A stretch of 64,000 nt of DNA from Thalia democratica (taxonomy: Eukaryota). The stretch is taken from NCBI GenBank assembly GCA_965202585.1, contig OZ241831.1, positions 17,484,001 to 17,548,000 of the forward strand, written 5' to 3'. Below, piece after piece: positions 1-12,179 of this stretch (within the stretch, counting starts at the first letter, position 1; every line of letters starts with the position of its first letter). Made by a program: the position numbers and the translations under genes. Below the pieces are notes generated by a model. That model did not search any database. It was not told where the DNA came from and saw only the letters and a program-made list of their open reading frames with translations.

Positions 1-349
1 AACAGTTTTTGTATGCATTTTAGTATTGAGGATCTGTGGCAAGGAAACTTCCATGTGTTTATAAGTTATAAAATACAAGTATTTTGCTGATAGAGCTTTT
101 TATTGCAAATACATCAATCATATACAGATGGTTCAAGTGATCTAATGGAAGTTAGATGATTGAATTCAGAAAAAAAACTGTTGTTTTAATCTGTATAAAA
201 AAAGTGAAAGCTTAATATAGTTTCAAGTTTTGACTATGTATTTTAGAATAAGTTTTAAAAATATTTTGATTTCAAAAAGTCAGGTAAATTTAAATAAAAA
301 TGTCAAGAGAGTCAGGAAATTTTTCTCAGCTTGATATGTGGCAACCCTG
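1..349. mobile_element. Right end of a non-autonomous DNA transposon of the CAGGGTTGCCAC-terminus family
   Basis: Ends in gtggcaaccctg (338-349), preceded by (a)gtcagg(t/a)aa subterminal motifs. Related termini occur at 21572, 33879, 36396 and 37496. No left end recognised. Confidence 0.55.
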
Positions 350-893
350 AGACATGGTCAAATGCGTTTATTTATTTCATATTTGTTTAGACGAAAGCTA
401 CAAACTGTTGTGTTATTTTAATACATTGTACGTTTACAACAACAATTAAAAAATACTATTTTTAACAAAAATATTATACAATCATGTTTTATGTTTTGTA
501 GGTCTTTTACAATGGTTTAAATAGTGTAAATAATAAAACCTTGTTTACTTATTTTATTTTACTATACTACCGTTCAATAAAAAACCTTATCTTTTTTTGA
601 TTAAAGTTTCTTTTATTTTTGATGAAAATATTAATTATTTGATGTTCTTAGTTTTATTCTAAGTTTTTTTATAAAACTAATTTACTGTCAATTAGTTGAC
701 TGACTGAATATATGGAAAATTACTATTGTGTTTGTATTTAGTCTTAAGTTTTCAAGTCACATCAGCATATTAAACGTAACTATAAAAGCTTAATACTACT
801 TGTTTATGAATTATTTCTAAATTATTTCTGTAACGTCTATATAACTCTCAATAAGGTTTGAAGTAGATAGGTTAGTTTTTTTTTATTGGCTAG

Positions 894-1098
894 TGTACTT
901 AAAAGTCAGTCTGTTTGCATATTTGCTAAGTCAGCAAAAAATTTGTATGCTTTTGTAAGTTTAATCATTAAAAAGTTTATTCTTAATATATTTAGGTAAA
1001 GTGGGTTAAGCATAAAAGAAAGGGTATAAATAAAAATAAAGCTTTAAAAAAATTTGCTGATTCAGCAAATATGCAAATCAGACTAACGTTATAGTATA
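894..1098. mobile_element. MITE, about 200 bp, with long terminal inverted repeats
   Basis: The left arm tacttaaaagtcagtctgtttgcatatttgctaagtcagcaaa is inverted in the right arm tttgctgattcagcaaatatgcaaatcagactaacgttatagta. A related copy lies at 41138-41348. Confidence 0.65.
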
Positions 1099-1594
1099 AA
1101 TGTAATTTCCGTTTTTATTTTGGTTAAATTAGTTTTATAAAGTTTTAGAATTCAAAAAAAAGTATATTTAATTGGGCACTTTCGACCTAATATTTGAAAT
1201 GAAGAACTAGAAGTTTTGAAAAGTAACTTGATGATTCAAACTTCAAAAAAAAAACATGATTAAGCGACTAGAGCGGTAAAATGTTTATGAAGTTAAAAGG
1301 AACAAGTTTTAATTTACAATAAAAGAATGGGTCCAATAAATTTAAATACAAAACTTATAAACAAGTTTAAGAAGATATACGTAATAAGTCTTTAATTTTC
1401 ATCTTGAAGCTTGAAATTTTTAACATTTTCAAAAAGTTAGTCAAACAGGAAATAACTGATAAAAGTAAATTTTATAATCAGAGGCATAAGTTTTGTAGAT
1501 CATTTGATATATTTGAACACCAATATTCAACATACTGCTGGTTTTTCGTTTACCAACAAGTTAAGCTCATAGTTGTAAATTTGAATAATTTCAG

Positions 1595-1662
1595 ACATGC
1601 AGCAAGGAAGTACATTGCCACCTCAGTACGATCCGACACAACAGCCACCCGCTTACAAATAA
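1595..1662 (+). CDS. Probable terminal coding exon (xMQQGSTLPPQYDPTQQPPAYK*) of a gene whose upstream exons were not identified
   Basis: Acceptor aatttcag at 1587-1594, a locally GC-rich stretch, two PPxY motifs, TAA at 1660-1662 and aataaa downstream. An in-frame stop at 1582 means it must be spliced. Confidence 0.5.
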
Positions 1663-4600
1663 ATGCATGTCGTTATTTTTTATTAAGAACTACAACTGAT
1701 CTTTCCGTAATTCAAGCTGCAATCAATTTTTTTTTGTATTTTTTTGGCCGTTTTTACTCAAAACTTCTTTCTGTGATAAATAAAATCTATGTGATTGACA
1801 ATAGCTTTCTTTGCATGATTAAACGTTTTAATAGTTGATTGTTATATTAGATACGTCATATAGTTTAGTTGTTTTTATAAGCTGCGGAAATTTTCTTTTA
1901 GTTATAAAATAAAAAGCAAAACCGAATACAAAATCAACTACTTAGCAATTATACAATTTACACGTATCTTTTCGTTAATGGTTCAAACTTTATTCAAAGT
2001 ATTTTTCTTTTATTTTAAATATGTTTTAAGTTTGACTTAAATTAAATGTTATGAAAGAGATATTATAATCATTTAAGAATAGCAGCTGTTTTGTAACAGC
2101 TCAAAAAATTTTTTTTTACAAACTGGATTTAACACTTTAAACTTGTTTACAAAATCTAACAACAAAAATAGTTATTGCCTGTTATACACTCTTGCAGTTT
2201 TAAAACTTATCAAGTTTACTAAAATTAAAAAAAAAATGTTTTAACCAACTTTTATAACTGTACATTAGTTCTAGTCGACAAACTGTTGGTGTAATGAAGA
2301 GTAAAATTTTGCTTTAAAAACAAAAAGAAAAGTTTTTGTGCTACAGACTTACAATTAAGCTCATAAATCTATAATTATTAGAACTTTTTTGGTCTTATTT
2401 ATATTAATTACTATGTTTAATTTAAAAATATGCTGCTCGCAAGAAACTTTTTTTGGGAAATTGATCCGCGACTTTAAAAATGCTTTTTACCCCTGATCCT
2501 AACCATAAATAATGGCAAAGTTTTAAAATTCTCCAGAGTTGAATATCTATCTACATAATGTCATACTGCTTATAATTATCTTTAAGCTTTTTTACTTAAC
2601 TTTATCCCGTAACTAACGTTTTTCACTATTGAAAAAATGTTGGTATTGCTTTAAAAGTTTTCATAAACAAGTCTAAAACTTATCATGCTTTTTTCAGGAC
2701 AGCTGTTTTAAAAAAGTAATTCATTTACAAAAAGTTAGTTTTAATTTATACTTATCCTTAATCAGAATTTTATTATATTAAATGTTTTTTACTCCTAATA
2801 AAAAATTAAAATGTTCCAAGTTTATTCAGGACAACCTATAGTAAAAAACATGCAATTTTATTAGGCTTATTGATAAGTATTTCAACATCTAAACCTTATA
2901 ATCTACTTTACCATAAAAAATGCAGTTTTAGTCAAAAACCTTAAGTAGCTTAAATAACTATTTACGCATAATTTCTTAATATTTTAAGTTAAAACTTAAA
3001 AACTGAGAGTTGAGTTTGTAATTTGAACTTTATCTTACAAAAATTTTTGTAATGGGTAATATAGTTTTTGTATCAAGTAGTCTGAAATAAGTTTTAGCTG
3101 ATAAAAAGAACAAATTTTTTTAGAAAACTTGAGGATCTCACTACTTTTAATTTTGGTTGATATAACACTTATAAAGTTATATGTGACCTGCACTTTATTT
3201 ATTTAACGATAAAAGAAAAGCGCTAAAAATATTAGTCTAAGGACCTGGTGTAAGTAATAACCTTTTGGTTATTGAGTCTCACATGCTTTTACAAGCTAAT
3301 AAAATATAATTTCTAAAGTTTGAAGTTTAAAACCTCAACAAACAAGACAAACGATAAAAAGAAAACTGAAGTTGAAATGCTGTAAAACTTGAAACAATCA
3401 TTAAAAAAAGTTACTTTCTTTCAAATTAGGTATAGTTTAAGAAAATTCATTTAAGTTAATGTTATCCAGGTAACGTATGACATTAAGTTATTGCGTGATG
3501 TTTAAACTTTATTTGGCGTAGTTATCTGTCATGTTAAAAGCAATTTAAAAGAAACATTTTCGTTTGAAAATTAGTGCTGCTCTTTTTTCAAGTAACTATG
3601 GTAGTAAATGCATAACAAAGTCGTAGTTTTATTCTTATAAAAATTACTAAACTTAAAATGCATGTTTGACGCTTTTTAAGAAGTAAGAAAAACTTGTTTT
3701 TGTAAGACAAGGCGTAGATTATCGGTGCTTATATAATCAGGTTTTAAGTGAATTGTTAAAACTTATAAGTATAAACCAGGGTTCCCAAACCCATTTTAAT
3801 AATATCCACCTTGGCAAAAAATTGAAAACAATCACCCCCTTTTACTAAATAACTTCACTCTGATTTTTAGTTACCAATTTACTTATTAGATACCTCACTT
3901 ATTATTGCCCCCAGATAGCTAAAATCACCCCTTAAGTGTTAACCTTTTTACTTTTTTAAATTGAAAACTGTCAGTAATTTTTTTTTAGTGAGTTAAGATT
4001 AGCAACAATTTTTTTAATGATTAAAGACATTAAAACAAAACTGTTAGCTATTAAATTTTATTTTAATCCTTATATTACTACTATTTCTAATATACATCGT
4101 CATTGTTTTACAACCGGCCATATCTAAACATTTATTCCCACATTGTCAATGTCGACACTAAAACTGTTTACTTTTCTTAACTTTAGTCATTCTCATTATC
4201 ATCCAATTCTTAACTTTTTTTACATTTGAAGAAATTCTTTTTTTTACTGTTTTCTTCTGTCTCGCACCATAACACTCTAAAAATTTGGAGCTTTTAGAGC
4301 CTGATGGCCGGCAATTTTCAGAGTCTGAAAAATTGTAATTTGTGTGAAGATCTGTATGATAGTTGATGTTTATAGGTAAAGTTACAAGCAGCAGTTTTGA
4401 TTTAAAGTTTCAAATGATTCACTTAAACACTATTAAAGTTTTTTTTAAGTGTAAAGGTGTTAAATTATGAATTTTTTTAAAACTATTGTTTATTACTTAT
4501 TTTAAGTTGTTAAGTCTTACTTTAAAATAATGTCTACTTTTAATTGTAAATGTGAGGATTTTTTAAACAAAAGTAGCAGCTTGTTCAATAAGCTCTTTTT

Positions 4601-4959
4601 TTTTAATTAGTTTTTGTTATTATTATTAATTAGTAATTAAAAAAAAATGTTTCTAAATACTTGTTGGTTTTTTAATTCTTTTGCTTTAAAACTATATTTT
4701 CTATATACATATATTTTTTTAAATTTCCTGAAATACATATTAGTCCATAAATTCATTGGCATTTTCAATAAATAATTTCATAAAGTTTTCTTTTTAAGAC
4801 TGCACTAATTAAAAATAAATATCGATGTTCCAAAAAGATTTTGAAAATATTTTTTTTTAGAAATATACATTACTAAAATTATTTATTAATTTTTAAATAA
4901 ATGTGCCGTTTAAGCAATAATATCTTTAGTTATTTAGTATAAAAACTGTTAGGTATAAC

Positions 4960-7900
4960 TTAAATGTTACCTGATTTTTCCTTAATATTAGTAGTGCTTT
5001 CAAGCTTTTCTCCATTTGAACAAACATCTAAAATTTCATTTTTCTCTGTTACATTTTCATAGTAAACATTTTCTTCGTAGCTACCTTCTACGTTTTGATC
5101 AATATTCTCTTTTTCTTTTTTCTCACAGCTCTCTACCTCACTCCCAGCAATGCTCTCTTCTTTATCATCACAACTCTCTACCTCATTCTCACTAACATCC
5201 TTCTCATCACAAATCTCTACCTCAATCTCACCGATGTTCTCTTCTTCTTCATAACAGCTCTCTACTTCACTCTCACCGATGCTCTTTTCTTCATAACAAC
5301 TCTCTTCTTTAATCTCAACGATGTTCTCTTCCTCTTCATCACAGCTATCTTCCTCAATCTCACCGATTTTCTCTTCATCACAGCTCTCTACCTGATTTTC
5401 ACCGATGTTGTCTTCTTCTTCATCACAGCTCTCTTCCTCAATCTCACCGATGTTCTCTTCCTCTTCATCACAACTCTCTTTCTCAATCTCACCGATGTTT
5501 TCTTCCTCTTCTTCACAGCTCTCTACCTCAATCTCACCGATGTTTTCTTCCTCTTCATCACAGCTCTCTTCCTCACTCTCACCGATGTTCTCTTCTTCTT
5601 CATCACAACTCTCTTCCTCAATCTCACCGATGTTCTCTTCCTCTTCATCACAACTCTCTTTCTCAATCTCACCGATGTTTTCTTCCTCTTCATCACAGCT
5701 CTCTACCTCAATCTCACCGATGTTTTCTTCCTCTTCATCACAGCTCTCTACCTCAATCTCACCGATGTTCTCTTCTTCTTTATCACAACTCTCTTCCTCA
5801 GTCTCACCGATGTTTTCTTCCTCTTCATCACAGCTATCTACCTGATTTTCACCGATGTTGTCTTCTTCTTCATCACAGCTCTCTTCCTCAATCTCACCGA
5901 TGTTCTCTTTCTCTTCATCACAACTCTCTTCCTCACTCTCACCGATGTTCTCTTCTTCTTCATCACAACTCTCTTCCTCAATCTCACCGATGTTCTCTTC
6001 CTCTTCATCACAACTCTCTTTCTCAATCTCACCGATGTTTTCTTCCTCTTCATCACAGCTCTCTACCTCAATCTCACCGATGTTCTCTTCTTCTTCATCA
6101 CAACTCTCTTCCTCAATCTCACCGATGTTCTCTTCCTCTTCATCACAAATCTCTTCCTCAATCTCACCGATGTTCTCTTTTTCTTCATAACAACTTTCAC
6201 TAATATTATTTTGTTCTTCATCACAACTTTCACTATTATTATCTTTTTCTTCAACACAACTCTCTACCTCAATCTCACCGATGTTCTCTTCTTCTTCATC
6301 ACAACTCTCTTCCTCAATCTCACCGATGTTCTCTTCCTCTTCATCACAAATCTCTTCCTCAATCTCACCGATGTTCTCTTTTTCTTCATAACAACTTTCA
6401 CTAATATTATTTTGTTCTTCATCACAACTTTCACTATTATTATCTTTTTCTTCAACACAACTCTCTACCTCATTCTCACCGATGATCTCTTCTTCTTCGT
6501 CACAACTCTCTACCTCATTCTCACCGAAGTTAATTTCATCACAACTCTCTACCTTACTTCCACTAATATTCTCTTCTTCTTCAACACAAATCTCTACCTC
6601 ATTCTCACCGATGTTCTCTTCCTCTTCATTATAACTCTCTACCTCACTCTCATCGATGTTCTCTTCATCACAGCTCTCTACCTGACTTTCACCGATGTTG
6701 TCTTCATCTTCATCACAGCTTTCTTCTTCACTCTCACCGATGTTCTCTTCTTCTTCATCACAACTCTCTTCCTCAATCTCACCGATGTTTTCTTCCTCTT
6801 CATCACAGTTCTCTACCTGATTTTCACCGATGTTGTCTTCTTCATCACAACTCTCTACCTCATTCTGACCGATTTTCTCTTCATTACAACTCTCTACCTC
6901 ATTCTCACCGATTTTCTCTTTCTCTTCATTACAGCTCTCTACCTCACTCTCACGGATTTTATCTTCCTCTTCATCACAACTTTTTAGTTCACTCTCACCA
7001 ATATTCACTCGTTTACTTTCTTCACTATTACGAAATCTCTCTTCTTTTGTGTCCTCTTTATCTTCAATGTTCTTTAATTCCTTTATGCATACACACACAA
7101 TAATAATACTCCAACGTAATATTTTTCGTATTACTATAATTAATACAGTAAACCTGCAAAATTTTAAGATTAATAAAAGGTTGAAGTCTAAAGTTTAGTT
7201 AATGAAATAAAGATCATTAAAGCACTTTAGATTTTTATACGCCCAGTGTTTGACAAACTATTAGTTAATATTTTTTCATAACATCGCTATTATACTAAAA
7301 AATAATGATTACCGGATCCTAAAATACTTATTCGTATCCCGCCGGTTCCTAATTTAAAAATGTGATCTGGATCTACCCGAATCCTAGTTTTAAAATAAGA
7401 TTCGAATCCGGTAGATCACTTGAAGCTTTTTGGATTATACTCAATTATTTACCATAACTTTGATGAAATTTAAAGCTGTTCAGAAAATATTAAATTAAAA
7501 GTGGTTAGGACGTGAAATATACAAGGTAATATTAAGAGCAAACAGTTTAAAGTTAGAAACGAATGTAAGTTAGTATAATGCCAAAAAAGCTATAGATTAA
7601 AAGTAATAGTCTGAAGCTAAAAATATCTCAATACAAAATTTAATTGGACAATTCATTACCAAAACAATGTTTCACTCGCTTAAACTTAATCAAACGAGAT
7701 CATCAGTTGAATAAAATCTGTAAAAACTTCTAAAATAACATGCAAGAAGACATTAGGCTATACTTTTAAAAAAACTAAATAAAAATATAAATAAAACCTA
7801 TAGTGTAAAGTTATTATTATAGGAAAACCATAATGTTATTTGGTTATTTTACCTTAAATAAAAATATCTAGAAATATCTAATGAGTTATCACATGCTTAT

Positions 7901-9617
7901 TTTTTGCCACTCGAAAGTTATTTGTGGGAAAACTCGAGGACAAATGTATCATTCAATTCTTCAACAGCGCATTCGTTGAATAAAACTTTGGGAGTACAAA
8001 CATCGTGTTTTGCATTGCCGGGAATTGGAGGGTGATGCTAAATTGAAACTCTGTGCTAAAGTGTCACACCGTGCTATAGTGTCACTCAATGCTAAAGTGT
8101 CACCCCGTGCTAAAGTGACGCTGTGCTTTTCTGACACCTACCCTGATTACACTGGCCAGTATATTTCTAATTACTTTCAGGATATGCTAAGTAATTGGAA
8201 GTTTATCTTGGATCGTGTTCACGTTTTTTTGCAAGACAATGCATTCAGCATAAGGCTGGTAGTATCATTGTTAAAATTCTCATCAGTATCTTGTTTTATC
8301 CATACGCTTCAACTAGTCATTAAAGATTCATTTTTAGTAGACGATCGTATAAATTTGCTACTAGCTATTAGCAAATTCACGAAAACTAGTTTGTTACTTA
8401 AGCTATTCTTCTAAAGCGTGTGAAATTCTAAAAAAAACAGATAAATTAAAAGCTGCACTAATAAAACAAAAAGCTTTACTTCTTGTTCAAGATGTGGATA
8501 CAATGTCGAACAAACTTAGCTTATGCTGAAGAGGCTAGAAAAGTTAAATTTAAGTGTTCAGCATTATGTGGCTAACTATAAATTCGGGTTAGACTATTAA
8601 AGCTCAAGAATGGCAACTGGTTAATCTCATTATTTTGCTCCTTGAACTTTTTTTCATTATAACAAAGAAGATGCAGGGTCACTGACGAAGTTTGTTATCA
8701 AATGTTTAAACTTTTATAAAAATTCAGAAGATATATCAAATTTTTGTAGAACTTTAGTCAAAAAGTAGAAGAGGCTTGCAAAAGAAGGTTCTATAACAAT
8801 AACAACAACTTAGACCGGAATGACAACAAATAAGTGTTAGTCATAACAGCTGTTGATCCACGACATCAACTATACGCTTTCCCTTCTTATTGTAAATTAA
8901 AGTTAAAAAGCTGCTAAAATTAAATTCTAAGAAGCATAACTGTTGTGAGGCTGATCAAAGTGGTGATTCTCCTATTTGCCATCAGAAAAACCAGAGCAAT
9001 CAGGAAATTTTGATCCGAAGAAGTTTTCAACTTATTATTTTAATTGTTTTACTAAAGTACACAAATACAAAGGATAGTACTAACTTAACTTGGAACTTTA
9101 CTAAGTTTCAGATAGGCTTATTTTTAACAAACTTCAAATAAGTCATCAAATAATAACAAAATTTTATACTTAAAATATACTTTAAAGTACACTTAGATAA
9201 TCAAATTTACTTATAAAAATCAACTCACGTGTGTTTTAAAACTACGTTTGTTATTGCGTATTGAATTGCTAAAATAAAGATCCAGTAGTCATTTCTTAGC
9301 TTGGTAATCTTTTGATTATAAATTGTCAAAACCTGCCCAGAAATAGTTTTTTCTTCGAGTACGACTTTTTTAGAGCTGACCAATAAAGTTAGATAATTCA
9401 AGATCCCATCTTTTGAGCTTGCTTCTTCATTCTCAATAAAATTATCGAGAAATCTTATAACTTTTTTATTAAAAGCTGCTGCATTTTTGTTTCTGCCGTT
9501 TAAATTATCTTCTTTCGCTTCAGTTTGTTTAATATTTCCTTCATCGAAGAAACATTTTTTGCCTACCAAGCACAAAATTAGCGTAGTTCCTACCAAGCAC
9601 GTAATTAGTATTCTCAT
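4960..9617 (-). CDS. Secretory-pathway or membrane protein, 860 aa, with a long Glu/Asp-rich, Cys-punctuated tandem-repeat C-terminus
   Basis: Exon 1 is 9617-9229 (MRILITCLVGTTLILCLVG signal-like start; donor AC|GTGAGT, phase 2). Exon 2 is 7153-4960 (acceptor ttttgcag|G). The phases match and give one 2583-nt ORF. A hydrophobic segment WIFILAIQYAITNVVLKHTFTVLIIVIRKILRWSIIIVCVCI spans the junction. Confidence 0.8.
5120..6990 (-). repeat. Coding minisatellite with a 45-nt unit encoding IGEIEEESCDEEEEN
   Basis: About 43 Cys-bearing units counted in the translated ORF. Includes an exact 201-nt higher-order duplication (identical ORF-track peptides at 6063-6257 and 6264-6458). Confidence 0.95.
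7656..7714 (-). ncRNA. Minimal type I hammerhead ribozyme motif in the intron of the acidic-repeat gene (sense orientation)
   Basis: Minus strand reads ttattcaa CTGATGA t ctcgttt-loop-aagcgag t GAAA c att g TT ttggtaa. It has an intact core, a 7-bp stem II, stem I tcaa/ttgg and a GUU cleavage triplet. Confidence 0.7.
8030..8142. repeat. Solo arm of a foldback-type element (cgtgctaaagtgac tandem units)
   Basis: Units such as gtgctaaagtgtcac and cgtgctaaagtgacg match the arms at 58623-59318 and the fragment at 14496-14572. Confidence 0.7.
8170..9030 (+). pseudogene. Decayed hAT (Ac/ZBED1-ZBED4-like) transposase relic
   Basis: Translates to fragments LQDNA, SCFIHTLQLVIKD, LVQDVDT, MLKRLE, EWQLV and AVDPR, matching the Ac-type hAT DDE core. 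Several stops and frameshifts. Confidence 0.7.
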
Positions 9618-11440
9618 ATCTAATCCGATTACTTAAGTTAAACTTAAAGTTTTAATATTATCAAACGATAAAAAAATTAATTAGACCAAGGCTTAAAACA
9701 CGTCATAATTAATTAAGTTTAATGATTTTTTTTTTTGTTAAATAATTAAATATAGTATAAAAAAATAATTAAATATAATAAAATTTTATAAATTTTAAGT
9801 CTAATATTTTTTTTCTAGTTTATTGATTCAAAAATTCATTTATAAAAAAATCTTTTATTAAGTTAATAAGATTAATGAGATCCTCAGTTATTATAAAAAT
9901 CTGAAAATCAAAATAAACATTTATGGAGACATTAGATCTTAGCTTAATTTCACGATCTATATTTATACACATACAAAAACTTCATTTCATATTAATAAAT
10001 TTGTATTTTTGTTCTTGGTAACAAATAGATAACTTTGATTGTAACTCTTGAAATTAATCAAAAGTATACATTTAGTATTTAAAAGATAATAATAACAACA
10101 ATTTGTACGGAACTTGCTTTATTTAACTGACGCACGTTTCTTTGTGTTAGAAAATTAACACAGCTCCACGGAATTAAAAAAAAATTACTGCAAAAAAAGA
10201 TTGAGGATAAAGAAGATTTTTTTTCTTTCTCAGTCTTTATTTTTACAGAACTCCTTAAGTTGCTTAACTCGTTTAACATGTGGCTGTTCAATAAAGAAAA
10301 GTACTGCACGAATTGTTTTCATTATATACTCCAGCGAACTTGTTTCGCTAGGATCTTTATTAACAAACGATTAGCCTGGAACTTTGAGTATTATTTATTG
10401 ATTTATTTTATTCATTTTAATATTCTTTTTATACTCAAAAACCTTTTGTTCTATTTTTTGAAAAATTTTTACAAGTAAAGTCTGAGCTAGTGAACTAAGC
10501 ACTAAGCAGCTCTTATTCTTAAATTTATGATCTGCAAGTCATAAAAAAAAAAGTCAACATCCTACAAAATATAATTTACTGGACGATAAAAAAAGAAGCT
10601 CAAAATATTTGGTCCTAGGATCTGGTGCACGAAGAATCTTTCAGTTATCGGGTAGCACACCACGGATACCTTTTAAGGTCTTGTCCAGGATAGAATAATG
10701 AAACTTTATGAGCTAAATTTTTTTTTTCAATCAGCTAAACATCACAAACAACTTTTTTTACATACATCATGAATTTTTAACGATAAAATATTATCAATTT
10801 CTTTTGTAGTAAACAATATTTAAATAAACATAAAACTAAAAGTTATCATACTTATAACTGATTCAATATTAACAATGTCTTTATGTTAAAGTTGTTCAGT
10901 TTTTTTTACTTTTGAACATTTTGAGTTTTGGTTGGTTATGCATAAAAAGCTACTTTTAAACAAAAAAAAACATTATTAATGAAATCATAAATCTTAAAGA
11001 ACTGTGAGTTGCTTAAAGTTTACTGCAGTCTACCAGAAATTTATTTTTTATTAAACTGGTCAAGGTATAAAATGGCAATACTAAGTTTTTATAGGAATAT
11101 AATTCTTCATTTTTATAACTTTAATAAATGAAAACAACTATTGATTTATGAAACTACTACTTCTGAGAAAAAAGGTCTTAAAATAGGTGTGGACAACTCA
11201 CTGGCCGGGTTAACATTAAATATTAAGAATTTAGAGTTGTGACAAACTGAATTAATTAAAAAAAACGCTTTAAATTACCAACAGTAGAAGTCATACACAC
11301 AAATGACTTTAAATTTGTAAGATGTCTTTATTAAGACCCGAGACATTTTTTATTCAAAAAATGCATTTTTGTATTAAAGTTAATATTATTATCGTAGATA
11401 TTGAATATATAACAAGACATAACATATATATATATATATA

Positions 11441-11682
11441 TTGAAAAAGCAAGATTTCAATAAATTATTTAAAAGCCCTTCAAGTGGGCTCAGTAGAAGG
11501 TGTTAAAGTTTAAATAATATCTTTATATATATATAAACTTGTTTTGAAGCTGATGAGTGCATAGGCACGGAACTCAAGTCCTTTGAGTTTTACATCTTTA
11601 AATAAACCTTTTTATTAATAAAACCCTCAATGTGGGCTCAGTGTGAAAAAATTTGATTTGTTTAGTTAAATAACTTAACTAT
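11441..11682 (+). mobile_element. Penelope-like element terminal (pLTR) fragment between (TA)n tracts, with a degenerate hammerhead at 11545-11594
   Basis: CTGATGA gtgc-atag-gcac GGAA ctcaa-gtcct-ttgag TT ttaca (GAAA changed to GGAA). Partial direct repeat of gtgggctcagt near 11484 and 11632. Flanked by (ta)n. Confidence 0.6.
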
Positions 11683-11780
11683 ATATATATATATAGTTAT
11701 ATATGTATATATATACATAAGATGTAACGTTATAAGGCGTTAAATCCTGGAGATCCTGATAAGCTAAGCTTATCGGAATG

Positions 11781-12179
11781 TATATCACAGATGTTCTTGT
11801 GCTAAAACTTTATTTCAACTAACGGCGTTTCACTGCTCTCAAATAAATTTAAGAACAGATCTACGGAGTCTATAAAATGTTAACACACATTAGAAAAAAA
11901 GCAGAAAAAAGCATGTATAATTATGTATAGTATTTATCTAGGTGTAGACAATTTTATAATTTTATGCTTTTATCTCAAACTTTGTTTTTAAACCATAAAG
12001 TCCATTTATAGTTACTACCTAGATAAATACTATACATAATTATACATGCTTTTTTCTGCTTTTTTTCTAATGTGTGTTAACATTTTATAGACTCCGTAGA
12101 TCTGTTCTTAAATTTATTTGAGAGCAGTGAAACGCCGTTAGTTGAAATAAAGTTTTAGCACAAGAACATCTGTGATATA
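11781..12179. repeat. Apparently perfect inverted repeat with 163-bp arms and a 73-bp spacer
   Basis: 11781-11943 is the reverse complement of 12017-12179 when compared by eye, including homopolymer lengths. Confidence 0.9.

Noticed and set aside
1404-1838. 144-aa plus-strand ORF from the track
   Set aside because: It starts at a non-ATG codon and has AT-rich intron-like composition. The plausible coding signal is a short exon in a different frame (1595-1662).
5095-6987. 630-aa hydrophobic plus-strand ORF, plus the Ser-rich and Lys/Arg-rich ORFs overlapping it
   Set aside because: These are antisense and alternate-frame shadows of the 45-nt Glu-rich repeat, which lacks stop codons in those frames. 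Only the acidic minus frame splices in phase to a signal-peptide exon.
10079-10750. Weak hAT-like peptide traces on the minus strand
   Set aside because: The matches (for example GIRGVLPDN) are too short and degenerate to support a call without a profile search.
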